Shown: in pieces, positions 1 to 9,509 of the stretch
Layout of the letters: every line of letters starts with the position of its first letter
How positions within the stretch are numbered: the first letter of the stretch is position 1
Source: Candidatus Omnitrophota bacterium
Lineage (GTDB): Bacteria; Omnitrophota; Gorgyraeia; Zapsychrales; Zapsychraceae
Direction of reading: 5' to 3'
Length of the DNA stretch: 64,000 bases
Assembly (NCBI GenBank): GCA_020429915.1
Contig: JAGQKV010000003.1
Coordinates: 2,442-66,441 of the forward strand
The notes under the pieces: generated by a model
What the model saw: only the letters and a program-made list of their open reading frames with translations
The model's database searches: none
What the model was told of the DNA's origin: nothing
Made by a program: the position numbers and the translations under genes

Positions 1-862
1 GCTCGATGTCCTGCAAACCAATACGTGGGCGTGGGCGGTGACGGCGGTCTTGCTGGTGATCGTCACCGCAGTCATCCGGCGGATGCCGCCCGAACCGCGG
101 CGTGTGATGTTGTTCGGGACAGGTTGGTTTATGATTACGCTGCTGCCGATGTTGAACATCGTGCCGCTGGTCAACGAGTACTCGACCATCCTGAATTTCG
201 AACACTTCCTGTACATCCCGATGATCGGCCTGCTCACGTCGCTGACCATGTTCGTCCGGGAACGGGGGGCCGCCGCGGCGAAGCTCTTCCCGGCGGTGGC
301 CGTGGGACTGGTCCTGCTGAGCGTGCCGTTGACCTGGCGTCAAAATACGTATTGGCGCTCGGAAACCGCGTTGTTTACGCGGACCCTGCGGTTCCAGGAA
401 TCGGGCCGCGTGCGCATGCTGCTGGGCAAGGCCCTGTATTTTCAGGGGGACTATCCGGCGGCGATCAATGAGTACCATAAGGCCTTGGCGATCATGAAGG
501 ACTACGCGGGCAAGACCCCGTTGCCCGCCGTGCGCGAGTTTTACCGCGGCTTTATAAAAGGAATCTACTTCGATCTGGCCCATTGTTACGAGGCTTTGCA
601 AAATCCGGACACAGCTATTACAATGTACGATCAGGCCTTGGCCATCGACCCGCGGGATATTGTCCTTTACAATAATCTTGCGGTCGTTTACATTAAGGAA
701 AAAAATTTTACCGCCGCCGCCGGTTTGCTCGAAAAAGCGTTGGGCCTCGATCCGGCCAGCCCGCTGACCATGCAAAACCTGGCCTATTGTTACGTCCAGC
801 TCGGCCGCCGGGCGGAGGCAGATGCGTTATTCCGTTCCGAAAGGGTTTCCGACTATGAATAA
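1..862 (+). CDS. Multi-pass membrane protein with C-terminal TPR repeats; 5' end probably lies upstream of the window. The track starts it at GTG 38, but the frame is open back to nt 2.
   Basis: Hydrophobic helices (LLVIVTAVI, FMITLLPMLNIVPLV, YIPMIGLLTSL) are followed by TPR-like repeats (AINEYHKALAI, YDQALAIDP, LEKALGLDP). There is no stop between nt 2 and 38 in this frame. Confidence 0.6.
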   Translation, partial: LDVLQTNTWAWAVTAVLLVIVTAVIRRMPPEPRRVMLFGTGWFMITLLPMLNIVPLVNEYSTILNFEHFLYIPMIGLLTSLTMFVRERGAAAAKLFPAVAVGLVLLSVPLTWRQNTYWRSETALFTRTLRFQESGRVRMLLGKALYFQGDYPAAINEYHKALAIMKDYAGKTPLPAVREFYRGFIKGIYFDLAHCYEALQNPDTAITMYDQALAIDPRDIVLYNNLAVVYIKEKNFTAAAGLLEKALGLDPASPLTMQNLAYCYVQLGRRAEADALFRSERVSDYE

Positions 863-1556
863 TCCAGCCATGATTGTCGGTGTCATCGTCTTTATCGTGC
901 TGACGATCCTGATGTTCGAGGTCCTGTTACTGCCCGAAGTTAAAAAACGGCAGAAGAAGGACAGAAAACCGCGCAAACACGTCCCCGGGGAAGAGGAACT
1001 CAAGCTCAAGGAAGCCTTGGAGCGGGCCGACAAACGTGAGCGCGGCCTGAAAGAGGATGTCGAGGAAGTGGAAAAACGTCTCAAGAAGACCGAGGAAGAA
1101 TTGACCGACGAAAAGTCCAAGGTCAAAAAGCTTCAGGAGAAACTGATTACCGAACGCGGCTGGCATGAAAAAGAGGCGGAAGAGACCCACAAAAAGAATA
1201 AAGAAATCCAGCAGATGCGCGAGGATTTTCAAAAAGAGCAGGAAAATTTCAGTAAGGAGCACACCTCCATGCTGAAGCTGGAGCACGCCCACCGCGACCT
1301 CAAGAATCAGTATCAGGACCTGCATAATGAGAAGCGCGCCCTGGAACGGGAAGGATCCCTGCTCAAGGGCAAGCTGGAGGAGTACCGCCGCGAGATCGCC
1401 CACCTCAAAAAGGACCTCGCCGTCGTCCAGAAGAAAAAAGAAGAGGAGACCTTCGTCGCCAAGTCCGAGTACGGCCGGCTGGAGAAAGAACTGGAGAAGG
1501 TCCGCAAAGAACTGGAACGGGCGCAGCGGGAAATTGAATCCAAACCCCCGTCCTGA
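822..1556 (+). CDS. Membrane-anchored K/E-rich coiled-coil protein; alternative start at ATG 855.
   Basis: N-terminal TM segment (MIVGVIVFIVLTILMFEVLLL) followed by about 200 aa of heptad-like charged coiled coil (EELKLKEALERADKRERGLKEDVEEVEKRLKK...). No recognisable enzymatic motifs. Confidence 0.55.
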   Translation: MRYSVPKGFPTMNNPAMIVGVIVFIVLTILMFEVLLLPEVKKRQKKDRKPRKHVPGEEELKLKEALERADKRERGLKEDVEEVEKRLKKTEEELTDEKSKVKKLQEKLITERGWHEKEAEETHKKNKEIQQMREDFQKEQENFSKEHTSMLKLEHAHRDLKNQYQDLHNEKRALEREGSLLKGKLEEYRREIAHLKKDLAVVQKKKEEETFVAKSEYGRLEKELEKVRKELERAQREIESKPPS

Positions 1557-1573
1557 GCAAGGTAAATAAGACT

Positions 1574-2764
1574 ATGTCCCGAAGGACCAGCCCTTTCTCC
1601 CGGCGGACCGACTGGCCGCGTCAGACCAACCGTATCACCTGCGTCCATGAAGAGCTTAAAGAACAAAACATCGAGATCATTGATCTGACGGTGTCCAATC
1701 CGACGCGCTGCGGCCTCGCCGCTCCGCCGGAGTTCTTGGACGCGTTGCGCGACCCGGCGGGGTTGGAATACACGGCGGACGCGCACGGGCTGCTCTGCGC
1801 CCGGGAAGCCGTGGCCGGACTGTTCGCGCGGCGCGGGCTGACGGTCGATCCCCGTGATCTGTTCCTGACGGCATCGACATCCGAGGCTTACGGTTTTGTG
1901 TTCCGCCTGCTGGCCGATCCCGGCGACACGATTTTATTTCCGACGCCGAGCTATCCGCTCTTTCATTTTTTGGGTGAGATCAACGACGTGGAGCTCGGGT
2001 TTTATCCGCTGACCTACCGGGACGGCTGGCGCATCGATATGGAGGGGCTGGTGGAGGCCCTGCATCCCCGGGTCAAGGCTCTGGTCACCGTCAATCCCAA
2101 CAATCCCACCGGATCCTATCTGAGTGAGGAAGAGCGACGGCATCTGAACAAGATTGCGGCCGAGCGGGGCATGGCATTGATCAGCGACGAAGTCTTCTAT
2201 GAGTTCCCCTTGGGAGACGCGCCGGGGGCGAGCCTGGCAGGCAACGCGCCGGCCCTGACGTTTACGCTGGGCGGTCTGTCCAAGTATCTGGGACTGCCCC
2301 AGATGAAGCTGGCGTGGATTCTGGTCAACGGCCCCGAGCACCTGGCGGCGGAGGCTCGCCAGCGGCTGGAGATCATCGCCGATACCTATCTGTCGGTCAA
2401 TACACCGGTTCAGTGTGCGCTGCCCGCGTGGCTCAGTCAGGCGGACACCGTGCAGGCGCCGATTCTCCGGCGGGTGCGGAACAACTGGGAGCATCTTAAC
2501 CGGGAGGCTGCCGGATTGCGGGGCACGCAGGTGCTGCGCGCCGAAGGCGGCTGGTATGCCGTTCTTAGGGTCGCGCCGGTCCGCAACGAAGAGGAGTGGG
2601 TCTTGAAGCTGTTGTCTAAATATCACGTCTTTGTGCATCCCGGATTTTTCTACGACTTTGAGGACGGCCCCTGCCTGGTGGTCAGTCTGCTGGTCCCGCC
2701 GGACGATTTTCGCGAGGGAATCGGCCGCGTACTGAGCCGTGTCGAACAGCAAAGCGGGTCCTGA
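1574..2764 (+). CDS. Class I/II PLP-dependent aminotransferase (AlaT/AspC-like)
   Basis: Motifs NPNNPTG and SKYLGLPQMKLAW (Lys of the PLP site). Length of 396 aa is typical for the family. Confidence 0.8.
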   Translation: MSRRTSPFSRRTDWPRQTNRITCVHEELKEQNIEIIDLTVSNPTRCGLAAPPEFLDALRDPAGLEYTADAHGLLCAREAVAGLFARRGLTVDPRDLFLTASTSEAYGFVFRLLADPGDTILFPTPSYPLFHFLGEINDVELGFYPLTYRDGWRIDMEGLVEALHPRVKALVTVNPNNPTGSYLSEEERRHLNKIAAERGMALISDEVFYEFPLGDAPGASLAGNAPALTFTLGGLSKYLGLPQMKLAWILVNGPEHLAAEARQRLEIIADTYLSVNTPVQCALPAWLSQADTVQAPILRRVRNNWEHLNREAAGLRGTQVLRAEGGWYAVLRVAPVRNEEEWVLKLLSKYHVFVHPGFFYDFEDGPCLVVSLLVPPDDFREGIGRVLSRVEQQSGS

Positions 2765-2788
2765 CACGACGGAAAATCCAGCCATTCC

Positions 2789-2816
2789 TTGAAAAGTCAA
2801 CGCGATTTGCTAATAT
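2789..2816 (+). promoter_or_regulatory. Sigma70-like promoter TTGAAA-16-TAATAT upstream of the receiver-domain gene
   Basis: TTGAAA at 2789-2794, a 16 nt spacer, TAATAT at 2811-2816, and the ATG at 2838. Confidence 0.4.
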
Positions 2817-2837
2817 GAAGAAAATTCGGATCCTGTT

Positions 2838-3254
2838 ATGAAACCGCAATCTCTGAAAATATTGGTAGCTGAAGATGAACCGGATGTCCTGAACGTCATG
2901 TGCAAGGCCGTGGCGCGGGAAGGGTATAACGTGGTGACCGCCGCGGACGGGGAAGAGGCCTGGCAAAAAATCCAGAGTGAAATCCCCGACATGATCCTGC
3001 TGGACATCAACATGCCTGTCAAAAACGGTTTTGAGGTGCTTAAACTGGTGCGTGAGAATCCTTCCGGGGACAAATGGCAGCCGGTGATCATTGTCTCGGC
3101 GCGTTCGGAGCTCAACGACATCCGTAACAGTTACAATCTCGAGGCCGACCACTATATTGCCAAACCCTGTCAAATGGACGACGTGCTGAAGGCCATCCGG
3201 CTGATGGCCGCCCTGATCCCGCAACACAAAAAGCCGTCGGAAATGCACGAATAG
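2838..3254 (+). CDS. Stand-alone response-regulator receiver domain protein (CheY-like)
   Basis: KILVAEDEPDV, a phospho-acceptor Asp in MILLDINMP, and KP near the C-terminus. There is no output domain. Confidence 0.8.
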   Translation: MKPQSLKILVAEDEPDVLNVMCKAVAREGYNVVTAADGEEAWQKIQSEIPDMILLDINMPVKNGFEVLKLVRENPSGDKWQPVIIVSARSELNDIRNSYNLEADHYIAKPCQMDDVLKAIRLMAALIPQHKKPSEMHE

Positions 3255-3276
3255 CCGCGGCACCGGTGGATATGCC

Positions 3277-4077
3277 ATGAGAATCATCGCTACCGTCATT
3301 ATCTGTGTCATCGGCTTAGTAATTTTTGTCCATATCCTGGAAACAAAATCCGTCTTTGTCCCGGCGAAGGAAATCCTGCGTACTCCCAAGGAGCTCGGGA
3401 TCCCGTTTGAGGACGTGTGGCTGCAGGTGACGGTTCCGGCGGACTTCAAGATCCACGGCTGGTGGATCAGCCGGGAGGACCGGCGCAAGACGATCCTGTT
3501 TTTACATGGCAACGCGGGCAACATCAGCGACCGCTTGGACAAGATCAATATGTTCAACCGTATGGGGCTGAACGTCCTGATCATCGACTATCAGGGTTAC
3601 GGCCGCAGCGAGGGTATTCCGACCGAAGGCGGGATGTACGCCGACGCGCAGGCTGCGTACTTTTTTCTGACGCGGGATAAAGGCATCGCCCCGGACGATA
3701 TTTTCCTGTACGGCGCTTCACTCGGCGGGGCCGCGGCCGTGGACGTGGCCGCCAAGAATCCCGTCGGCGGATTGATCCTGGATTCGACCTTTACCAGCGC
3801 CAGGGATATGGCCCGTCATATTTTTCCGTTTGTGCCGACATTCCTGGTGAAGGTTAAACTGGATTCGCATTTGAAGATCAAGGCAGTGGCGGCGCCCAAG
3901 CTGTTTTTTCACAGCAAGGCGGACGCCACCGTCCCGTACCGGTTCGGACGCAAGCTGTACGATGCGGCTGCCGGGAGAAAGAAGTTTGTAGATATCGAGG
4001 GCGGCCATAATGACGGGCACGTTCACTCTGAAGACATCTTCGTAAAGGAGATTCATGATTTCATCACCGGACAATAA
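3277..4077 (+). CDS. Alpha/beta hydrolase with N-terminal TM anchor
   Basis: HGNAGN oxyanion-region motif and a GASLGG nucleophile elbow (GxSxG), with a hydrophobic N-terminus IIATVIICVIGLVIFV. Confidence 0.75.
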   Translation: MRIIATVIICVIGLVIFVHILETKSVFVPAKEILRTPKELGIPFEDVWLQVTVPADFKIHGWWISREDRRKTILFLHGNAGNISDRLDKINMFNRMGLNVLIIDYQGYGRSEGIPTEGGMYADAQAAYFFLTRDKGIAPDDIFLYGASLGGAAAVDVAAKNPVGGLILDSTFTSARDMARHIFPFVPTFLVKVKLDSHLKIKAVAAPKLFFHSKADATVPYRFGRKLYDAAAGRKKFVDIEGGHNDGHVHSEDIFVKEIHDFITGQ

Positions 4078-5287
4078 GCGGACGGCCATGCCGTTTCTGC
4101 GCACGCAAGGGCAGCGTATCTTCGATGAGAACGGGCGCGAGACGCGGCTGCGCGGCGTTAATCTGGGCGGCTGGCTGATGATGGAAGCGTATTTCATGTT
4201 CGCCCCGAACCGCCCGCTGCATCTCTTTGAAAAGAACTTCCAGCGTGCCCTGGGGGCCAAGGCCCTGGAGGAATTCCATCATGAGTTCCGGCACAATTTT
4301 ATCCGCGAAGAAGATTTCGACGCGATCCAGAAACTGGGATGTAACTGCATCCGGTTGCCGTTTCATTACCGTGTCATCGAGCCGGTCGCGATGAAACCCG
4401 GTGGCAAAGATGTCGGCTATTTGGACAAGGCGATCGGCTGGGCGCGCCAACGCGGGATTTATGTCATTCTCGACCTGCACGCGGCGCCGGGGTCGCAAAA
4501 TCACGATTGGCATTCGGACAGCGACGGCAAGGCGCAGTTCTGGACCTCGCCGCGAAACCAACAGCGCACGCTGAAGATCTGGCAATTCCTGGCCGACCGT
4601 TACAAAGACGAAAGCGCCGTCGCGGGATATGACCTGTTAAACGAAACCGTTTTGTCCGACCCGGTCAAGTTAAACCGTTTCTATGCCGCCGCGATCGCGC
4701 GTATCCGCAGAATCGACAAGAAACACATCATCTTTGTGGAAGGGAATAACTGGGCGCAGGATATCGAGTGCCTCGACGTATTTGAGGACGACAACTACGC
4801 GTTAAGCATTCACAATTATGAACCGCTGGATTTTACATTTAACTTCGTGCCGTTCTTGCGTTATCCGTTGCGGCGGGCCAAGGCGCCGTGGAACCGGGCG
4901 ATCCTGACCAAGAATCTGCAACGCTACGCGCAAACCGCGGCCAAACGGAATCTGCCCGTCCTGGTGGGAGAGTTCGGGGTCAACGCGCGGGAGGGCTGGT
5001 ATGGGGAGGACCGCTGGCTGGCGGACACCCTGACGGCTTACGACAAGTTCGAGTTCCACTGGACCTACTGGACTTACAAAGCGGTTAAGAACTACACGTT
5101 TCCCGACGGGTTGTTCAGTTACCGCCCCAATCCGCCGTGGGTCCGCCGCGAAGGGCCGGTGACCGGCTGGGAGACCTACGCGGCCTTGTGGCCCAAGCAC
5201 AAAAAAGAGATGGCGGCATCCTGGCGGACCGCGGCCTTCACGCCCAATCCGCAACTGATCAAGGTATTTAAAGCGCATGTCCGATAA
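4055..5287 (+). CDS. Glycoside hydrolase family 5 (endoglucanase / beta-glycosidase-like) with no obvious signal peptide; alternative start at ATG 4088.
   Basis: RGVNLGGWL, IRLPF, DLHAAPGSQN, and the catalytic NE in YDLLNETV, which are GH5 signatures. The N-terminus is not hydrophobic. Confidence 0.75.
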   Translation: MISSPDNKRTAMPFLRTQGQRIFDENGRETRLRGVNLGGWLMMEAYFMFAPNRPLHLFEKNFQRALGAKALEEFHHEFRHNFIREEDFDAIQKLGCNCIRLPFHYRVIEPVAMKPGGKDVGYLDKAIGWARQRGIYVILDLHAAPGSQNHDWHSDSDGKAQFWTSPRNQQRTLKIWQFLADRYKDESAVAGYDLLNETVLSDPVKLNRFYAAAIARIRRIDKKHIIFVEGNNWAQDIECLDVFEDDNYALSIHNYEPLDFTFNFVPFLRYPLRRAKAPWNRAILTKNLQRYAQTAAKRNLPVLVGEFGVNAREGWYGEDRWLADTLTAYDKFEFHWTYWTYKAVKNYTFPDGLFSYRPNPPWVRREGPVTGWETYAALWPKHKKEMAASWRTAAFTPNPQLIKVFKAHVR

Positions 5288-6074
5288 AATCAGCAGTTTG
5301 AGCAATCCCAAGGTCAAACAGGTGGTCCGCCTGCGTCAGCGCCGCGCGCGTGACGAAGCCGGTTTGACGATCATCGAAGGCGCCAAGGAGCTGGCCACCG
5401 CCGCGCAGGCGGCGCCGGATATTCACCGGGTTTTTTATTGTCCGGAGCTGTTAAATTCTCAGGAGCACGTCATCATGGAGCATCCCGCGTTTATCAGCGC
5501 GGAGCGGCATGAGACCACCCGCGATGTGTATCACAAAATGGCCTACGGGGACCGCGACTCGGGAATCCTCGCCGTGTGCGCGACCCCGCGGTTCGAACTG
5601 AGCCGCATGCGTCCGGCAACGCGCGCGTTACTGCTCGTGCTGGAGGGTGTCGAGAAACCCGGTAATCTCGGTGCGGTGGTGCGCACGGCTGACGGAGCCG
5701 GCGTCGGCGGCATTTTGGTGTGCGGGGTCAAAACCGACATCTTTAATCCGAACGTTATCCGCGCGAGCTTGGGCACGGTTTTCTCTTTGCCGGTGGTGTC
5801 ATGCAGCAATGAGGAGGCGCTGGATTTCTTACGGGTGCACAATTTTACCGTCACGGCGACGCTGCCGGACGCGCGGCATCTTTATTTCAAAGCCGATCTC
5901 AACCGGCGTTGCGCGATTGTCCTGGGGAGCGAGGAGAAGGGATTGACCTCCTTTTGGGTCGAGGCCGCCGACGAAAAAGTCAAACTGCCGATGAAGGGCC
6001 GGGCCGATTCACTGAATGTTTCAGTGACGGCCGCGGTGATGTGTTATGAAGCGCTCCGCCAGCGACAAAAATAG
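5277..6074 (+). CDS. SpoU/TrmH family RNA 2'-O-methyltransferase
   Basis: LVLEGVEKPGNLGAVVRTADGAGV, IVLGSEEKGL and LNVSVTAAV, which are SPOUT methylase motifs. Confidence 0.8.
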   Translation: MSDKISSLSNPKVKQVVRLRQRRARDEAGLTIIEGAKELATAAQAAPDIHRVFYCPELLNSQEHVIMEHPAFISAERHETTRDVYHKMAYGDRDSGILAVCATPRFELSRMRPATRALLLVLEGVEKPGNLGAVVRTADGAGVGGILVCGVKTDIFNPNVIRASLGTVFSLPVVSCSNEEALDFLRVHNFTVTATLPDARHLYFKADLNRRCAIVLGSEEKGLTSFWVEAADEKVKLPMKGRADSLNVSVTAAVMCYEALRQRQK

Positions 6075-6783
6075 CGTCCGCCTCCAGGTCTTCCTTTCGC
6101 ACAACGGTGTCAGCTCCCGGCGCAAGGCCATGGACATCGTTAAAAGCGGCCGTGTCGCAGTCAACGGAACGGCGGTGACCGAGCCGTCCACCCCCGTCCG
6201 CCCGGGCCGGGACAAGATCACCCTGGACGGGCACACGGTGTCCTCCAAGGGGATGGAGTATATCCTGCTCAACAAGTCCGCCGGCTACGCCACCACCAAG
6301 GAAGTCCGTCTCGATGAGGACAATGTTTTCCGTCTGCTGCCCCGCAAATTCCATCACCTCTCCCCGGTGGGCCGATTGGACAAGAACACGGAAGGTCTGT
6401 TATTATTAACCAATGACGGGGACACGGCCTACCGGTTGACGCATCCCAAGTTTCGCGTCGAAAAAACCTATATTGTGCAGGTGGAAGGGGAGATCAAACC
6501 TCCAAAGATAAAACGGCTGATTAACGGGGTCATTATCGACGACCGCAAAACCGCTAGGGCGCGGGTATTCCGGGTGCGCCGCGGCAAAGAGTCCTCCGAA
6601 TTCTTTATGACCATACACGAGGGCCGCAAACGGCAGATTCGCCGAATGTGCGAAAAGGTCGGGCACAAGGTGCTCAACCTGAAACGCATCGCCCAGGGCC
6701 CTCTGCAGCTCGGCAATTTGGCCTCCGGACAGTGGCGTCCGTTGACCCGTACGGAAGTTCAACTGATTACGCGAAGCGACTGA
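6046..6783 (+). CDS. RsuA/RluB-family pseudouridine synthase with S4 domain
   Basis: An S4-like N-terminus (RLQVFLSHNGVSSRRKAMDIVKSGRVAVNG) and the catalytic motif GRLDKNTEGLLLLTNDGD. Confidence 0.8.
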   Translation: MKRSASDKNSVRLQVFLSHNGVSSRRKAMDIVKSGRVAVNGTAVTEPSTPVRPGRDKITLDGHTVSSKGMEYILLNKSAGYATTKEVRLDEDNVFRLLPRKFHHLSPVGRLDKNTEGLLLLTNDGDTAYRLTHPKFRVEKTYIVQVEGEIKPPKIKRLINGVIIDDRKTARARVFRVRRGKESSEFFMTIHEGRKRQIRRMCEKVGHKVLNLKRIAQGPLQLGNLASGQWRPLTRTEVQLITRSD

Positions 6784-6784
6784 C

Positions 6785-8764
6785 ATGATCACCATCAATA
6801 ATCTCACCATGGGCTTCACCCAGCGGACGCTGTTCAAGGACGTCACCTTCAGCATTTTTCCGAATGAAAAGATCGGTCTGACCGGACCCAACGGGGCAGG
6901 GAAGACCACGCTGTTTTCCATTATCCGCGGCGAGCGCGAGGCCCTCGCCGGCGAGATCCAGGTCCAGAAAGGCATCAATATCGGATATCTCCCGCAGGAG
7001 GCGAAATTCAAATCCGAACGCACCGTCATGCAGGAACTGACCGAAGGGGACGACCGGATCAAGGCCCTGCGCCGGGAGAAACGCAAACTCGAAGACGAAA
7101 ATAAGGCCGCGTCCCACCGCTACGGCGATGTGCTGGAGGAGCTCGAGGCCCTGGGCATTTATGAACTTGAACACCGCGCCGAAAAGATCCTGTCCGGCCT
7201 GGGTTTTAAGCCTGAAGATTTCGACCGGCCCATCCAGCATCTCAGCGGGGGGTGGCAGATGCGCACGCTGCTGGCCAAGCTGCTGACGTATCCGTACGAT
7301 CTGCTGCTGCTCGACGAGCCCACCAATTATCTCGATCTCGACGCCACCCTGTGGCTGAAGGACTATCTGAAAAATTATTCCGGATCGTTTGTGCTGATTT
7401 CTCATGACCGGGTCTTTCTGAATGAAGTGACCAATTACACCATCGTTCTGGAAGGGGCCGGTATGACCAAGATCAAAGGGAACTATGAATTTTTCGAGGA
7501 GCAAAAGGGAGTTAACCTAAAGACGCTGGAAAAGAAACAAAAAGTGATCGAGAAAAAGCGCAAACAGCTGGAGCGTTTCACTCAGCGTTTTCACGCCCAG
7601 CCCAACCGGGCCGCCGCGGTCCGCAACAAACGCAAGCAGATCGAGCGTTTGGAAAATATCGAACTGCCGCAGGACCAGAAGAGCATCGGGGAATTCGAAT
7701 TCGCCGAGGCCCCGGCCAGCGGTTATGTGGTGGAACACCTCAAGGGCGTCAGCAAGTCCTACGGCAAAAAACGTGTTTATGCCGATCTCGATATGGAAGT
7801 GCTGCGCGGACAGAAGATCTGCCTGGTCGGCCCCAACGGGGCGGGGAAGTCGACTTTGCTCAAGATGCTGGCCGGTGTCGTCGAACCCGACGGCGGTGAG
7901 ATCCGGCTCGGGCATCAGGTGGAACGCGGTTACTTTTCGCAATCCCGGCTCGATGTGCTTAATCCCACGCGCAACGCCTTTGAAGAAGTGGCAAGCGCGG
8001 CCCCGCAGGGGGTCCAGTCCGTCCGGGTGCGCAGTCTGCTGGGGCTTTTTAATTTTCAAGGTGACGATGTGTTTAAACCGGTCAAGGTCCTCTCCGGCGG
8101 GGAGAAGAGTCGGGTGATCTTGGCGCGGTTGCTGATCCATCCGCCGAATTTCATGTTGCTCGACGAGCCCACCACCCACCTGGACCTGGACGGCGTCAAG
8201 GCGCTGACCAGGGCCTTTCAGAAATACACCGGCACCGTTGTCTTTATCAGCCACGATCTGTATTTTATCCGCGAGATTGCCGACCATATCGTCGAGGTCC
8301 GTGACGGCACCATCAAGACTTTTCCCGGCGGCCTCAACTATTACCTCGACAAAAGAGGGCTGGCCGGTCTCGGCGGCGGCGCCCCGTCGCCGCAGGTCAC
8401 GGAAGACAACCGCGCGGCGGACAAACCGGGCAAGTCATCCGGAAAGAAAGGCGGCGGAAACCAATCGTCCTCAAAAACGAAGGACGAGAAGCCGAACTTG
8501 AAGGAATTGCGCGAGCAGCACAAGGCCGCCAAGAAGCGCGTTTCCCAAATCAAGAATCAGCTCAAGAATCTCGAACAGGAGCAAAAGGACCTGGAGACGG
8601 AAAGCTACGCGAAGTCCCGTCACCTTTCCAAGCAGTTCGACAAAGGCGATCCCGAGATGCTCAAAGAGTACGGACGCCGGCTGAAAGAGATCCAGACCCG
8701 GCAGCGTGAGATCGAAAGTGATATCAAAAAGCTTAAGGATGAGCGTGACCGGATCACCCGCTGA
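6785..8764 (+). CDS. ABC-F family ATPase (Uup/EttA/YheS-like) with K/E-rich C-terminal extension
   Basis: Two ABC cassettes (GPNGAGKTT / LSGGWQMR; GPNGAGKST / LSGGEKSR), an inter-domain linker, and no TM domain. Confidence 0.85.
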   Translation: MITINNLTMGFTQRTLFKDVTFSIFPNEKIGLTGPNGAGKTTLFSIIRGEREALAGEIQVQKGINIGYLPQEAKFKSERTVMQELTEGDDRIKALRREKRKLEDENKAASHRYGDVLEELEALGIYELEHRAEKILSGLGFKPEDFDRPIQHLSGGWQMRTLLAKLLTYPYDLLLLDEPTNYLDLDATLWLKDYLKNYSGSFVLISHDRVFLNEVTNYTIVLEGAGMTKIKGNYEFFEEQKGVNLKTLEKKQKVIEKKRKQLERFTQRFHAQPNRAAAVRNKRKQIERLENIELPQDQKSIGEFEFAEAPASGYVVEHLKGVSKSYGKKRVYADLDMEVLRGQKICLVGPNGAGKSTLLKMLAGVVEPDGGEIRLGHQVERGYFSQSRLDVLNPTRNAFEEVASAAPQGVQSVRVRSLLGLFNFQGDDVFKPVKVLSGGEKSRVILARLLIHPPNFMLLDEPTTHLDLDGVKALTRAFQKYTGTVVFISHDLYFIREIADHIVEVRDGTIKTFPGGLNYYLDKRGLAGLGGGAPSPQVTEDNRAADKPGKSSGKKGGGNQSSSKTKDEKPNLKELREQHKAAKKRVSQIKNQLKNLEQEQKDLETESYAKSRHLSKQFDKGDPEMLKEYGRRLKEIQTRQREIESDIKKLKDERDRITR

Positions 8765-9015
8765 TGAAACTTAAGGCCGACCTCCACGATATTTATTCAG
8801 ACGGCGGGAAACTCCAGCAGGCCCTGCGGGACATTATGGAAGAAGCGGTAGCCGTCCGGGCCAAACAGGTGGAGATCATTCCCGGCAAAGGGAGCGGCCA
8901 GCTGAAAAAGCATGTGCTGAGGTATCTGGAGAAGAATTACAAGGGCGTGTATCACCGGATTGAGAAGGATGATAAAAACTGGGGACGGATTTTCGTTCAC
9001 TTCCGCTGGACGTGA
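8764..9015 (+). CDS. Smr-domain protein
   Basis: Small 83 aa protein with an IIPGKGSGQLKK Smr-like core. Its start overlaps the ABC-F stop (TGATG). Confidence 0.65.
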   Translation: MKLKADLHDIYSDGGKLQQALRDIMEEAVAVRAKQVEIIPGKGSGQLKKHVLRYLEKNYKGVYHRIEKDDKNWGRIFVHFRWT

Positions 9016-9027
9016 CATTGTGCTAGA

Positions 9028-9447
9028 ATGACCAAAATGCACCGACCGCTAATTCTGTGTGTGATTCTCACGGCAACGGTCCCGGCCGTCACCGGATGCC
9101 ACAGTCTCGGGCATGTGGATGAGCTGTGGTTGCTCAAGCAGTACGGCGACGAAGCCGATGCCATGGACGAAGACATTGACGTTGCCGAGGCCGAATACCG
9201 GCAGATCCGGGAGGACGCGGACAACGGCCGCCTGGCGGCGGGGATTGACCGGGATACGGTCCGTGAGCGTTACGGTGATCCGGTTTATGTCCAGGATCCC
9301 GCCGACCGGCAGGGGGCGGCCGTGATGTGGATGTACCGCCGGCCGGTTCATTTTTTTGATTCCGACCGTGTTCTGTTATATTTTAATAAGGAAGGGCGGC
9401 TCATTGAGTACGCCGTGCAGCACCATCAACCGGTCTCCGGGGAGTAA
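9028..9447 (+). CDS. Hypothetical lipoprotein (possible true start ATG 9037)
   Basis: Signal peptide with lipobox AVTGC, then a charged D/E-rich region. Confidence 0.55.
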   Translation: MTKMHRPLILCVILTATVPAVTGCHSLGHVDELWLLKQYGDEADAMDEDIDVAEAEYRQIREDADNGRLAAGIDRDTVRERYGDPVYVQDPADRQGAAVMWMYRRPVHFFDSDRVLLYFNKEGRLIEYAVQHHQPVSGE

Positions 9448-9509
9448 CCCGGAATGAGTGACAGCAATGGTCCGTTCGGGACCGTAACCGTATTCATCAG
9501 GAGGTTGAC

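Noticed and set aside
25-471. 148 aa + strand ORF at window start
   Set aside because: It is out of frame with, and fully inside, the TPR membrane protein reading frame. Its Gly/Arg/Ala-rich translation is typical of an alternative frame in GC-rich DNA.
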